A stretch of 41,397 bases of DNA from a virus (IMGVR_UViG_3300020045_003743:1-41397), one strand, 5' to 3'. Counted from the first letter of the stretch, positions 1 to 10,196 are shown. Numbers and translations: made by a program. The notes: generated from the letters alone by a model not told the origin.

Positions 1-31
1 AAGAAAGTAAAGCAAAATTGATTGAAGCATT
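1..31 (+). repeat. 31-bp direct terminal repeat (identical to 41367-41397); circular assembly overlap
   Basis: AAGAAAGTAAAGCAAAATTGATTGAAGCATT at both ends; an ORF reads in frame across the join. Confidence 0.95.
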
Positions 32-86
32 GAAAAACTCGAATACAGCTGATTTAAGTAATGACCTGTATTTTGGCTTGGATTAG
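1..86 (+). CDS. 3' end of the nucleotidyltransferase-like CDS that starts at 40856 and wraps the origin
   Basis: In-frame continuation ...ESKAKLIEALKNSNTADLSNDLYFGLD* with stop TAG at 84-86. Confidence 0.85.
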   Translation, partial: ESKAKLIEALKNSNTADLSNDLYFGLD

Positions 87-107
87 TTCTTATGAATGAT
101 AATCGAG

Positions 108-121
108 CAATGCACCATAAC
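108..121 (+). repeat. Right inverted end of cassette 5 (CAATGCACCATAAC)
   Basis: Complementary to GTTATGGTGCGTTG at 40817-40830 with one G.T pair; no hairpin follows. Confidence 0.8.
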
Positions 122-152
122 TATTAGCTTGGACTTATAAATGTATTACAAA

Positions 153-335
153 ATGGCTAAGATACTAACAAAAACAAAGGTTATACGTATTTCAGAAAGT
201 CAGTTAAAAACGCTGCAAAAAATGAAGTATTACAATGTTGATGTAGGGCATTTCATTAGAGAGGCTATCGCTGAGAAAATTAAACGAGAATACAGCGATC
301 TTATCCCGAAAGTTAAAAATGAATGCCCGTTTTGA
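153..335 (+). CDS. Small DNA-binding protein, ribbon-helix-helix-like
   Basis: TKVIRIS strand followed by helices (HFIREAIAEKIKRE); ATG at 153 or 141. Confidence 0.5.
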   Translation: MAKILTKTKVIRISESQLKTLQKMKYYNVDVGHFIREAIAEKIKREYSDLIPKVKNECPF

Positions 336-347
336 AATATATTAAAA

Positions 348-383
348 TTACGTTGGTGTATTAGTTTTATTTTCGTACTTTTG
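348..383 (+). promoter_or_regulatory. TTACGTT-N3-GTATTA site plus Bacteroidota -7 element TACTTTTG (terminase promoter)
   Basis: Motif at 348-363; TAnnTTTG at 376-383, 5 nt before ATG 389. Confidence 0.65.
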
Positions 384-388
384 TGATT

Positions 389-844
389 ATGGCATACAGT
401 ACGGAAGATAAAGAAAGAATATTTAAAAGCATCATTTCAGAAATTGAGAATGGTGCTTCTTTGCGTTCTGTTTTATCAAAAGAAGGTATGCCAGCTAGAT
501 CAACTTTCTTCGAATGGCTAAAGGAAAGTGAAGAAAAATCGAACCACTACGCGAAGTCAATTGAAGCGAGAGCAGATTCAATGTTTGATGAAATGTTAGA
601 AATAGCATATACAACCGAATCAGGCGAAACTGTTAAAACTACATTAAACGGAATAGAAACCACAGCAGGCGATATGTTAGGGCATCGTAAATTAAAAATA
701 GATACTATCAAATGGATATTATCACGAATGAATCCTAAGAAGTTCGGGGATAAAATGGATATGACTACTGGAGGCGAAAAACTAAACGCAACCCCAAATG
801 TTATAAAGGTGAAAATCATTGAAAGTAATGACGATGATGAGTAA
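389..844 (+). CDS. terS: Terminase small subunit
   Basis: HTH-type N-terminus (GASLRSVL...MPARSTFFEWL), KIDTIKWILSRMNPKKFGDK motif, immediately upstream of TerL. Confidence 0.88.
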   Translation: MAYSTEDKERIFKSIISEIENGASLRSVLSKEGMPARSTFFEWLKESEEKSNHYAKSIEARADSMFDEMLEIAYTTESGETVKTTLNGIETTAGDMLGHRKLKIDTIKWILSRMNPKKFGDKMDMTTGGEKLNATPNVIKVKIIESNDDDE

Positions 845-2222
845 TGAAATAAACTTCTTAGCTACTAAAGTTTTTAAGGACATTTGGGAAGCTACACAAT
901 CTAAAAAATACAAATTAATAGTTGAGGAGGGAAGTAGCAGGAGTAGTAAAACTTGGAGTGATTTCCAAGTTTTGTTTTTAGACTTATACGAAAATCCTTT
1001 AACTACCTGCACTATTTTACGAGACACTCAAAAGAGTTGCAGGGATATTGTAGAGGTTGACTGGGTTAAATGGCTATCCGATCCGATGGGTAGAAAAAAG
1101 GAGTTAGAGGACAAACTAATAACAGTTACTCAATTTGATGAGTATTTAAAAACCGAAAGCCTTTTAAAATATTTCCTTAGAAACAAAACTAATCATACTT
1201 GGACATTCTTACATAATAACTCTTTTATTCGATTTACCGGGTTAGACGATGAGGATGATGCAATGGGAATGACGCAAGATATTTGTTGGATTAATGAGCC
1301 TTATAACTTCTCTCACGAGGTTTACAAACAATTAAGCCAAAGGACAGCAAAGTATATTATTTTTGACTGGAATCCAAAACAAAAACACTGGGTAAATGAG
1401 GAAAAGAAAAAAGAAAATACAATTACTTTGTTTTCTACTTTCTTAGATAATCCGTTTTGTCCTATTGAATCTAAAATACAAATACAGTCTTACCAACCTT
1501 TATCTTATTGTAGCACTGTTTTAAATGGTAAATTAAGTGAGAATGATGCTTATCTATACAATACAGAAACAAACGTCTTAAACTTAACTAAAAAAGAAAT
1601 AAACGAGCTTAAAAGATGCCTATACAATGAATCTGTTGATAGTGCTAGTGTTTACCATCATTTAGTATTTGCTTTAGGTAAAAAATCAGAGAAACCAAAC
1701 AAAATATTTAAAGGCTGGATTAAAATTTTAGATGCAGAGTTTGACGATTTATTACTCCCGTCTTATTACTGTTTAGACTTTGGAAGCACGAACCCGTCAG
1801 CAGTATCTGAAATAAAATATAGTGATGGCAATTTCTTTATTAAAGAGAGATTGTATAAGCCAATTTCTAAAATGGCTAATAGTTTACCGCAGGAATTAGA
1901 AAGTATCGGAATAAACAAGAAACTGCCTTTAATTTGTGATAGTGCCGATCCTTTGAGAATATCGGAATTAATTGCCAACGGTTTTAATGCTATTCCTGCA
2001 ATGAAAGGATCAGGAAGCGTTAAGGCTGGGATTGATTTTATCAACGGTAAACGAATACACTACACCCAGAGCAGCACAAACCTAGAAAGCGAATACGAAA
2101 ATTACGAATGGGAGATAGTTTCAGGGGTAAACTTGGAACGACCATTAAAGAAAGACGACCATATTCTGGATGCTACAAGGTACGGTATTCAGTTTATGCA
2201 GTTTTATTTAGGTATTTTATAA
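837..2222 (+). CDS. terL: Terminase large subunit (PBSX-like)
   Basis: Walker A variant EGSSRSSKT, Walker B CWINE, DWNP motif, nuclease motifs LDFG...DSA...DDHILDATRY; start could be 828-837. Confidence 0.93.
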   Translation: MSNEINFLATKVFKDIWEATQSKKYKLIVEEGSSRSSKTWSDFQVLFLDLYENPLTTCTILRDTQKSCRDIVEVDWVKWLSDPMGRKKELEDKLITVTQFDEYLKTESLLKYFLRNKTNHTWTFLHNNSFIRFTGLDDEDDAMGMTQDICWINEPYNFSHEVYKQLSQRTAKYIIFDWNPKQKHWVNEEKKKENTITLFSTFLDNPFCPIESKIQIQSYQPLSYCSTVLNGKLSENDAYLYNTETNVLNLTKKEINELKRCLYNESVDSASVYHHLVFALGKKSEKPNKIFKGWIKILDAEFDDLLLPSYYCLDFGSTNPSAVSEIKYSDGNFFIKERLYKPISKMANSLPQELESIGINKKLPLICDSADPLRISELIANGFNAIPAMKGSGSVKAGIDFINGKRIHYTQSSTNLESEYENYEWEIVSGVNLERPLKKDDHILDATRYGIQFMQFYLGIL

Positions 2223-2367
2223 GCTGTCAAGTCAACAAAACCGAGCCAAATGTTAAAGTTACGTTCTTAACGTAAAATAATTAGATAAAATGTATTGTTT
2301 ATACAGATATACGTTGTATATTTACAGTGTTGAAAGGAACAAACCACAACACTAAAATATAGGAATT

Positions 2368-2514
2368 ATGAAAACAGCTTCTCAACTTTACAAAACTCAA
2401 AAAGAAACAATCAAACAATTATTTGAATTAGGATTGATTTCAGATGTTGAAAGAATCGCTAAAAACGTTCAAAACAAATATTTGTATGTTACTCAATTAA
2501 GAGATTCAGAATAA
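2368..2514 (+). CDS. Moron small protein, 48 aa (not in ORF track)
   Basis: ATG after A-rich leader; MKTASQLYKTQK...LRDSE*. Confidence 0.55.
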   Translation: MKTASQLYKTQKETIKQLFELGLISDVERIAKNVQNKYLYVTQLRDSE

Positions 2515-2544
2515 TAAAAACAACCAATTATAAAAACAAACGTT

Positions 2545-2685
2545 ATGAAAAATTCAATAAAATTAATTATCGCAATCGCTTCTTTTATTATTCTTTTTGT
2601 TTCAGCAGTTACATATCTTCCTAAAGGAAATGATTTTGTTAAATATGAAAACGATATGAAAAAAATTGAACAATTTAATAAATAG
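2545..2685 (+). CDS. Moron small membrane protein, 46 aa (not in ORF track)
   Basis: MKNSIKLIIAIASFIILFVSAVTYLP: one hydrophobic helix. Confidence 0.55.
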   Translation: MKNSIKLIIAIASFIILFVSAVTYLPKGNDFVKYENDMKKIEQFNK

Positions 2686-2857
2686 GGTTGTGATCCGACA
2701 AAACATAATAGTATTCATTCAAGGTAATAGAATAGAAACCTACGGCAACTTAAAGAAATGTTGCGATGCTGAAACGTTGCCATACCACACGTTATCACGT
2801 TTAAAGTTCCCAATACACCATAAAGATATAATATTACATAAAACAGTCTTTAAATAG
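2666..2857 (+). CDS. Moron hypothetical protein
   Basis: 63-aa ORF ending just before a terminator. Confidence 0.5.
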   Translation: MNNLINRVVIRQNIIVFIQGNRIETYGNLKKCCDAETLPYHTLSRLKFPIHHKDIILHKTVFK

Positions 2858-2863
2858 ACAAAT

Positions 2864-2889
2864 AAAGCCACTTTAACAGTGGTTTTTTT
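2864..2889 (+). terminator. Intrinsic terminator closing the moron
   Basis: AAGCCACT-ttaac-AGTGGTT followed by T run. Confidence 0.75.
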
Positions 2890-2918
2890 ATGCTTAAAAA
2901 TAAATATCGATTAATTTC

Positions 2919-2959
2919 TTACGTTATTGTATTAGTTAATCTTTTTTTACTTATCTTTG
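2919..2959 (+). promoter_or_regulatory. Portal/head operon promoter with TTACGTT site
   Basis: TTACGTT-att-GTATTA then TATCTTTG (2952-2959). Confidence 0.65.
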
Positions 2960-2987
2960 TAATTATTATAAACTAATGTCGTGAGAT

Positions 2988-4199
2988 ATGGGGATATTCA
3001 GTAACCTTTTCGGGGGTTCGAGTTTTAATGTAGAGCGAACGAAAGACGGCTCATTTTCTTATTTTTTAGACAACAACGGATTTGGGAACGAAAAAGACTT
3101 TATTAAATGGTCTTTATCTAATCCAGTCCTTTTTTCCGTTATATCAACTAGGGCAAAAGTATTCTCTCAGATGCACATTTCCTGCATTAATTCAGCAGGC
3201 GAAACGGTAGAGAACAACGAAATCGTTAATCTATTATCAAAACCAAATTACTTTCAATCTCAATCGGACTTCCTTTATCAATATATGTGGTTCTTGTCTA
3301 CTCAGGGAGAAAACTTCATTTATAAAATACAGCCTTTATCTACTCAAAATATTAAAGCAATTTACAATCTTGTTCCCAATGAATTGGATTTTAAAGAAGT
3401 GATGAAGTTAAAAAAGTTTATCCATACTAAACAGGATATTAACGAACTTGAAAGAAAAGTAATTGAATACAACTTAGATGGCGAAACTAAAAAACTGCCT
3501 TTAAAAGACGTAATTCCTTTCTTTGATATTGCCAATGGTTTGCGATCAAACAGTCTTTTATCGTCTCCAAGCCGTGTTAAATCTATTTCTGGAGTATTGG
3601 AAAACATAGAGGAAAACATCAAGAGCAAAAACATAAATCTTAAGTTTTCCCAAAAATATTTAGCCACCAATAAGAACGCAGTTCAAGGAGTGGCTACTCA
3701 AATTAAGGCAGAAGATAGAGAGTCGATTGATAAAATACTACAATCAAAGTCTTTACAAATCACAAACGGAGACGTACAAGTTACGCATTTAGTTACCGAC
3801 TTAAAGAAACTGTTTTTAGATGAGCAGTTTGCAAGTGATGCCAACACGGTTGCAATAGCTTTTGAAATGAACAACGATATTATTAATTATTTCTTAGGCA
3901 AATCTTCCACATTTTCAAACCAAGAGCAAGGAATTATCAGGTTTATTCAAAACTCCATTCAATCAATGGCTGACAACTTTTGCAACAGCTTGACTAATTC
4001 AATGGGATTGGAAGAACAAGGCTTAAAACTTCAAGCCTCATACAATCATTTACCCGTAATGCAGGGCGTAATTAAAACCAAGTTAGAAACATTTAAGTTA
4101 ATGCAGGAAACAATCAAAATAGGTATTGAAAGTGGCACTATTGACGTTGCAGAAGCAAAAGAAATGACAAGTAAACTTAAAAATGATTTAGGGATATGA
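2988..4199 (+). CDS. Portal protein
   Basis: 403 aa; LLSKPNYFQS...GENFIY and STFSNQEQ resemble HK97-family portal motifs; synteny. Confidence 0.88.
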   Translation: MGIFSNLFGGSSFNVERTKDGSFSYFLDNNGFGNEKDFIKWSLSNPVLFSVISTRAKVFSQMHISCINSAGETVENNEIVNLLSKPNYFQSQSDFLYQYMWFLSTQGENFIYKIQPLSTQNIKAIYNLVPNELDFKEVMKLKKFIHTKQDINELERKVIEYNLDGETKKLPLKDVIPFFDIANGLRSNSLLSSPSRVKSISGVLENIEENIKSKNINLKFSQKYLATNKNAVQGVATQIKAEDRESIDKILQSKSLQITNGDVQVTHLVTDLKKLFLDEQFASDANTVAIAFEMNNDIINYFLGKSSTFSNQEQGIIRFIQNSIQSMADNFCNSLTNSMGLEEQGLKLQASYNHLPVMQGVIKTKLETFKLMQETIKIGIESGTIDVAEAKEMTSKLKNDLGI

Positions 4200-4348
4200 A
4201 TTTAGAAAACATTTTTATAGCAATCGATAAAGAAATTTATATAGATGAATTGATGCTCTTTTTAGAACAAAGAAAAGAAAAAGGGTACGGAAAAATAAAG
4301 CCAGTTATTAACGAAAAAGTAATAGAATTTATTTGTTATGAAAACTAA
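4196..4348 (+). CDS. Hypothetical 50-aa protein
   Basis: ATGA overlap with the portal stop codon. Confidence 0.4.
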   Translation: MNLENIFIAIDKEIYIDELMLFLEQRKEKGYGKIKPVINEKVIEFICYEN

Positions 4349-4451
4349 AAAACTAACAGCCGAGCAAGTCAAGGACTTTGAGGACAAACTTCGAGAAGAA
4401 ATAATAGCAAAGAAAGCACAATTGAACAATAAAGAAATCATAAAGAAATGA
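4338..4451 (+). CDS. Hypothetical 37-aa protein
   Basis: ATGA overlap with the protease start codon. Confidence 0.4.
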   Translation: MKTKKLTAEQVKDFEDKLREEIIAKKAQLNNKEIIKK

Positions 4452-5260
4452 TAGTAGTAAAAGAGTTTCCGGACAAAGAATTTGCCACAAAAGAGGATTT
4501 GTTTACCGCTTTGCGTGAAAATAAGTCTTTGTTGATTGCTCAAAAGAAAATGATTACCAAGCAAGCGGATTCTGCTTTTCATTACGTTGGGATTGAAAAC
4601 GAAAAAGGCGAAATTATAAAAGCGGAATTAACAAACGAAGCTGATATAAGCAAGTTAAAAGGCGTTTTGGTAATCAATACCACAAACCTATTAGACAGTC
4701 ACGGAGACGTTCATTTAAAAGGTATTTGGAAGAAATCGGTAAAAGAGCAAAAGAACATTCTTTTATTGCAAGAACATAAAATGACTTTCGATCACATTAT
4801 TTCTGATTCTGTTAGTGCGAAAGTAAAAACAATGAACTGGAAAGACTTGGGTTTTGAATTAGAAGGAGACACCGAAGCACTGATTTTTGATACCGAAATA
4901 GATAAAAACCGCAATGAGTTTATGTTTAGCCAATATTCAAAAGGATATGTTAAGGAGCACTCAGTCGGGATGCGATATGTAAAACTAGAATTAGCCATTA
5001 ATTCAGAATCCAAATGGGATGTAGAAGAAAAAGCAGCGTGGGATAAATACTATCCCGAAATCGCAAACAAAGAATTAGCAGACCAAAGAATGTATTTCTG
5101 GGCAGTACCGGAAGCAAAAGTAATAGAGGGAAGCGCAGTTGTTAAAGGTTCAAACTTTGCAACTCCAACAATATCAATTTCAGCCGTCAAAGACACTGCA
5201 ATAGAAACGCAAGAGCCGACAAACGAAGTCACTCAAATCAAAAGAAGAAGGAATATTTAA
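4448..5260 (+). CDS. Prohead maturation protease
   Basis: DSHGD, LLQEH, EHSVG and IEGSAV motifs resemble HK97-type proteases; between portal and capsid. Confidence 0.8.
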   Translation: MIVVKEFPDKEFATKEDLFTALRENKSLLIAQKKMITKQADSAFHYVGIENEKGEIIKAELTNEADISKLKGVLVINTTNLLDSHGDVHLKGIWKKSVKEQKNILLLQEHKMTFDHIISDSVSAKVKTMNWKDLGFELEGDTEALIFDTEIDKNRNEFMFSQYSKGYVKEHSVGMRYVKLELAINSESKWDVEEKAAWDKYYPEIANKELADQRMYFWAVPEAKVIEGSAVVKGSNFATPTISISAVKDTAIETQEPTNEVTQIKRRRNI

Positions 5261-5280
5261 TTAATTTAAAACAAAAAACT

Positions 5281-6528
5281 ATGTTTAAGTACAAAACAGA
5301 CGCAGAAGTTCAGGCAATGACCGAACAAGAAGCAAACGATTACGCAGTGGCAAAAAGAGCCTTTGAAGCTGATTTGCAAACAAAAGCTATTGATTTAGCC
5401 GTTAAAGGAGCGAAAGACGATTTAAACGCAGAGCTTAAAAAAGCAAACGATAGCGTTGGAGAATTAGCCGCTAAAGTGTTGGAATTAGAAACTAAAGGAG
5501 GAGAATCGGTTTTATCGGTTGACGCTCAATTGAAATCTTTTCTAAAAGACAACGAAAGCAAAATACAGGAAATGTATAAAGCCGGGAGCGGTTCGGTAGA
5601 ATTGGTTTTAAAAGTGGTTGGGGATATTTCAACAGCTAACGGAACTAATACAGCAGCACCATCAATCACGGGAACGCAACAAGCCGCAATCGGTAACGTA
5701 GGTTACAGAGATTTTGACATTACCGGATTGACTACAAATGTAAATACCTCTTTGGCTGCATATCCTTACACGGAATCAGTGCCTAAAGACGGGGATTACG
5801 CTTTTTTGGCAGAGGGGCAAATTAAACCTCAAACAGATTTTACTTGGGAAACCAACTATGCAAAGCCAGTTAAAGCGGCTGCGTGGGTTCGTTTGACAGA
5901 GGAAAGCATTAAAGACGTTGCGGGACTTCAATCGGTTGCAAATGATTTGCTTGTTAAAAAACACGCTATCAAAAAAGCAAAAGGTATTCTTTACGGCGAC
6001 GGAATCTCTCCAAACCCAAAAGGGGCAACAACTTACGGACGTGCATTTTCCGCAGGTGCTTTGGCTTTAGCGGTTACAAATCCTAATTTTATGGATGTGG
6101 TTAATGCTTGTATCACTGATATCGCAACTACCCACAACTTCGAGGATGAAATCCCGTTTATGGCAAATCTTGTTATGGTTAATCCTAACGACTTTTATAT
6201 CCAAATGGTTTCAGCCAAAGATGCAAACGGATTGCCTTTATATCCACAAGCGAGTTTGTTCAATCAGGTTGTTATCGGTGGCGTGACCATCAAGCCAGAG
6301 GAAACAATCCCTGCAGGAAAAATCTTTGTTGCTGATATGGCAAAATACAACACTACTAATTACGTGCCTTACAGCGTTCGTATCGGTTGGGTAAATGATG
6401 ATTTCATTAAAAACCAGTTTGTCGTTTTAGCAGAATCAAGATTTCACGCATTTGTTAAAAAATTAGATGCACAAGCGTTTATCTATGACACATTTGCAAC
6501 AGTGAAAGCAGCGATCACAAAAGCATAA
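5281..6528 (+). CDS. Major capsid protein (HK97 fold, N-terminal coiled-coil scaffold)
   Basis: 415 aa; AEGQIKP, ILYGDG...PKG and DDFIKNQFVVLAESR motifs; synteny. Confidence 0.9.
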   Translation: MFKYKTDAEVQAMTEQEANDYAVAKRAFEADLQTKAIDLAVKGAKDDLNAELKKANDSVGELAAKVLELETKGGESVLSVDAQLKSFLKDNESKIQEMYKAGSGSVELVLKVVGDISTANGTNTAAPSITGTQQAAIGNVGYRDFDITGLTTNVNTSLAAYPYTESVPKDGDYAFLAEGQIKPQTDFTWETNYAKPVKAAAWVRLTEESIKDVAGLQSVANDLLVKKHAIKKAKGILYGDGISPNPKGATTYGRAFSAGALALAVTNPNFMDVVNACITDIATTHNFEDEIPFMANLVMVNPNDFYIQMVSAKDANGLPLYPQASLFNQVVIGGVTIKPEETIPAGKIFVADMAKYNTTNYVPYSVRIGWVNDDFIKNQFVVLAESRFHAFVKKLDAQAFIYDTFATVKAAITKA

Positions 6529-6670
6529 TGAAAGTTAGTTTATTAAAAGATTGGGCGGGTTTCAAAAAATCCGCCTTAATCGAAATAACGGACGAAGCGG
6601 TTTTGAAAGAGGGTTTTAAAACCAAACTCTTTGAAGAAGTGAAAGAGGTTAAACCCAAAAAATAACAACA

Positions 6671-7303
6671 ATGCAAATAATAGATACAACTTTCTTTATA
6701 AATGAGCTTTATATTCCATTAGCGGTTGCGACTGTTTCGGGCTCTGCAAGCGCAGCAACACCCAACAACAACGGAGTTTTAAACTCTCTAATTGTTGAAG
6801 TGGAGAAAGATATTTTATTAAGTGCGTTAGGTTTGACTAATTACAACTTATTGCAAACGGCTTTAGCTGATTTGCCAAACGCTGACCAGAAATGGAAAGA
6901 CTTGGTTAATGGCAAAGAGTATGGGGAATATATTTGGGAGGGTTTGAAAAGTCCGAAAGGATGTTTGGTTAACGGGATTTATTACACTTTCATATATCAA
7001 AACAGCGAGTATCTTACAGCGTTGGGAGTTTCAAAACCCAATACTGAAAATGCCGTCAATGTTTCTCCATTCGCAAAGTTGGCTAACAGTTGGCAGAAGT
7101 TCACGAACAAGTATCAGGGTGGGTGTTTGTTAAATCCTTTGACTTCGATGAGTAACGGTTATTCCTTTGTTGATTGGTATGGAGCGCAGGAAAATGTACA
7201 ACGTTCTTTATATCAGTATTTGAATGACAATGCGGTAACGTATGGTTTTGATGCTTCCAAGTTCCAGACTTTCGATGATAACGTAAACTCTTTTGGTTTA
7301 TGA
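6671..7303 (+). CDS. Putative head-tail connector/adaptor
   Basis: Position downstream of the capsid gene; size. Confidence 0.5.
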   Translation: MQIIDTTFFINELYIPLAVATVSGSASAATPNNNGVLNSLIVEVEKDILLSALGLTNYNLLQTALADLPNADQKWKDLVNGKEYGEYIWEGLKSPKGCLVNGIYYTFIYQNSEYLTALGVSKPNTENAVNVSPFAKLANSWQKFTNKYQGGCLLNPLTSMSNGYSFVDWYGAQENVQRSLYQYLNDNAVTYGFDASKFQTFDDNVNSFGL

Positions 7304-7809
7304 TAGTCTTTGAAGAAAAGTTAGGGGAAATTTTAGATTTGTTGCCGGGTATCATTGATGCAAACGGCAATACTTTCAAACCATTCTTTAATTGGGGAAC
7401 ACAGGACATTTTAAACAAGTATTTGACCTTACCAAAGAATCAGGACACATATCCTTTAATTTGGTTAGTTCCGGCATCAGATGAGGCAAAAACAAATAAC
7501 ACCTCAGTTGTTAGGGATGTAGAGTTAATACTTGCAATGCACTCAGATAAACAAGATTATTTTAATCCCGAAATATACCAAACTGATTATAAGGTGGTTT
7601 TAAACCCGCTTTTGGAAAACGTTATAAAAGCGTTGGAAAAATCAGGAGTAAGCGAAGTTCAAGATTTAAAGTATAAATATGACAAACATCCTAATTATTC
7701 TGTAACCATACAAGGCGAAAAGACAAAAACAGTTGATGTGTGGAATGTAATAGTTTTGAAGTGTAAGTTACGATTGAAAGACGGCGCAATTAATCAAATA
7801 ATATTCTAA
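7300..7809 (+). CDS. Putative tail terminator/completion protein
   Basis: YPLIWLV motif; directly upstream of the tail tube gene. Confidence 0.5.
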   Translation: MIVFEEKLGEILDLLPGIIDANGNTFKPFFNWGTQDILNKYLTLPKNQDTYPLIWLVPASDEAKTNNTSVVRDVELILAMHSDKQDYFNPEIYQTDYKVVLNPLLENVIKALEKSGVSEVQDLKYKYDKHPNYSVTIQGEKTKTVDVWNVIVLKCKLRLKDGAINQIIF

Positions 7810-7950
7810 TGGCAAAACAAAGAGCAATACAAACGTTTACGGTACTTATTGAATTTACCTATGACAGACTTTACCGGGTTAATGAATCCATAGAGTTAAG
7901 CGATTACAAAACAATACAAAAATTATTAATTAATAAAATCATAAAATAAT

Positions 7951-8865
7951 ATGGCTGCAATAGACCAATTAAATTTAGTAGACAGTTCTGGAATTTCCGC
8001 AGGGGGCACAGGATTGGCAGGCAACAAGATAGACCGTGACAGAATAGTGGCTATTGGTTTGCTTACAAAAGGACACGTTTTCACGGGAACGGTAGACAAG
8101 GCATATATTCAAGGCTTGCAACAAGCAGGAACGTTAGTATATCTTAAAGGAGTTACCGAAATGGCAGACAAAACACCTGACCATAATTACAGAACTGCAA
8201 CAGGATCAGGATTGAAATCGGTAACGGGTAAAAATCCGTATGAATATGACGTAACTTTTGAGAATGGAGCTGCTTTTTCTAAAGCACTAAACTCTTTGGA
8301 GGGTAACGGAAACTTTGACCTTATTTTCTGGGATAAGAATGACGTTATTTGGTTAACCCAAAACAAAGCTGGAGATATTAAAGGTTTCACTTTGGGGATG
8401 CACGCAGTAGGAAACTATAAAGGCGATGACGGAACAAATGGAGCGACTAATATGATGATGCTTCAATTGAAAGACCGTAACGAAGTTGATTTGCGTCAAG
8501 GATGGATTAAACCTGATGATTTCGCGGCAGAAGATTTGGACGGTGTGAATGATATTGCATTTACTATTGCTCCAGTAGCAGCCGCAGCCACTTCTTTAAC
8601 GTTTAAAGCGTTGTTGAACGACAAAGTTAGTTTTGTTTCAGGTCTTACTTTAGCCAAGTTGAGAGTGACTAAAAACGGTGTTGACATTACCCCAACGGCA
8701 ATTTCTTCTAGTTCAAGTGTTAAGACGTATACTTTGACTATTCCAGCAGCAGTAGCGGCAGACATTTTCACGGTAGAAACTTATGACAGCGTGGCAACTT
8801 CTGAGATTATAAACCTTACAAGCGTGTTGTATAATTCAAATAAAGCGACCGTAACGGTAGTCTAA
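7951..8865 (+). CDS. Major tail (tube) protein with C-terminal Ig-like domain
   Basis: 304 aa; Thr/Ala/Val-rich beta-type C-terminus; followed by a terminator. Confidence 0.7.
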   Translation: MAAIDQLNLVDSSGISAGGTGLAGNKIDRDRIVAIGLLTKGHVFTGTVDKAYIQGLQQAGTLVYLKGVTEMADKTPDHNYRTATGSGLKSVTGKNPYEYDVTFENGAAFSKALNSLEGNGNFDLIFWDKNDVIWLTQNKAGDIKGFTLGMHAVGNYKGDDGTNGATNMMMLQLKDRNEVDLRQGWIKPDDFAAEDLDGVNDIAFTIAPVAAAATSLTFKALLNDKVSFVSGLTLAKLRVTKNGVDITPTAISSSSSVKTYTLTIPAAVAADIFTVETYDSVATSEIINLTSVLYNSNKATVTVV

Positions 8866-8884
8866 TTGAATGATTAAAATAATT

Positions 8885-8917
8885 AAGCCGTAATATTAAT
8901 TTATTGCGGCTTTTTTT
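8885..8917 (+). terminator. Intrinsic terminator after the major tail gene, abutting a TAACTTTG promoter element (8919-8926)
   Basis: AAGCCGTAATA...TATTGCGGCTT followed by T run. Confidence 0.8.
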
Positions 8918-8931
8918 GTAACTTTGTAAGT

Positions 8932-9396
8932 ATGAGTATTACCATCAAAGACTATTTGAATAAAGCTAAATTCGTCAGGGATAACATCTTGGACGAACAG
9001 GAAAGAATTGTATTGAAAAATGAAAATGCCATAGTAAATCTGAACATTAACCAAATCGAAAACAGTCAAGGTAGTGACGGCAAACAGTTAAAAAACACGG
9101 ATACAAGGTTTAAAGGTGTTTACACGTTATCCACTCAAATGATTAATCCACGAAAAATAGCGGGTAATCCTTATGACTTCTTTGAAACGGGTAATTTCTT
9201 AAGAGGCTTTGAGTTAAGTATCGCTGACAACTTAAGTAAAATTAATATTTTTAGTACAGGAACAGGAGGTAATTTAAAAGCTAATTTCTTTAAGGGATAT
9301 ACTAATATTTTCGGATTAAACCGAGACAACCAACTAAAATTAAACGATAAAATTATATTGCCAGAGCTTCAACTATTTATAAAAAAGTATTTATGA
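8932..9396 (+). CDS. Putative neck/tail morphogenesis protein
   Basis: ETGNFLRGF motif resembling gp10-like proteins; synteny. Confidence 0.45.
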   Translation: MSITIKDYLNKAKFVRDNILDEQERIVLKNENAIVNLNINQIENSQGSDGKQLKNTDTRFKGVYTLSTQMINPRKIAGNPYDFFETGNFLRGFELSIADNLSKINIFSTGTGGNLKANFFKGYTNIFGLNRDNQLKLNDKIILPELQLFIKKYL

Positions 9397-9599
9397 TGGA
9401 TAAACAGGATGAAACATTAGAAAAAACAGCGGAGTTGTGGAATAGTTTTTTAGATATTCCAATTAATGAAAAACACCCAGACGATGTGAATGACTTTAGA
9501 TTTCATATACACGCATTACAAAATATTTTATTTACTCAAAAGTATAAAAAATCACAAATAACCAAAGACGATGAAACCAACCACGATACAATACTATAA
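9393..9599 (+). CDS. Hypothetical protein
   Basis: 68-aa ORF overlapping both neighbours. Confidence 0.5.
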   Translation: MMDKQDETLEKTAELWNSFLDIPINEKHPDDVNDFRFHIHALQNILFTQKYKKSQITKDDETNHDTIL

Positions 9600-10194
9600 C
9601 AGCATTGAAACGCTCCCTTTGTACAATTGGGATAAATACCTTTCGACAAAGGATTTAAACTGGTTTATAATAGGTTTTGACGGGAGACAGGCTAAGGTAG
9701 TTAATGATGATTTGCCACACATCGAAGTCAAAATTCAAGACGAATATCTTTTGGTTGTAAAAGACAGGGTTTTTAATTCTAAACTGCAAAAATGGGCGAA
9801 AATTGAAAGTCTAACCACAAAATACAACATAGTTTGTTTGCTTATTAAAGTTCTTTGGGATGGTTTCGCTCCTACTCAAATGGAAATGAGGTATAAATTT
9901 ATTGAAAAATTAGGTTTATTAGGTTTTCCAATGGAGAAAATAAACACCTTAGACGGGGATAAAGAGGAATTATTAAGAATTAACGTAGAAGTTGAGGGAA
10001 TAAAAAACAAAATTATCTTATTGCAAAATGAGTTAAAAGACGATAGCAAAAAAGAAACGAGTTCATTACAACGACAAATACAAATAGTTACTTTAGGACT
10101 TGGTTATAATTACCGTTTAGATCCAAAAGAAATAACTTTATCCGAGTGGTTGGAAATGTGTAAATTAATGGAAGAAAAATCTAAAAGTAATTAA
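9571..10194 (+). CDS. Putative tail assembly chaperone
   Basis: Immediately upstream of the tape measure gene; LDPKEITLSEW C-terminal motif. Confidence 0.45.
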   Translation: MKPTTIQYYNSIETLPLYNWDKYLSTKDLNWFIIGFDGRQAKVVNDDLPHIEVKIQDEYLLVVKDRVFNSKLQKWAKIESLTTKYNIVCLLIKVLWDGFAPTQMEMRYKFIEKLGLLGFPMEKINTLDGDKEELLRINVEVEGIKNKIILLQNELKDDSKKETSSLQRQIQIVTLGLGYNYRLDPKEITLSEWLEMCKLMEEKSKSN

Positions 10195-10196
10195 TT

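Noticed and set aside
1-31. Terminal repeat as physical genome ends
   Set aside because: It is k-mer-sized and falls mid-gene, so it is best explained as assembly overlap of a circular or permuted genome.
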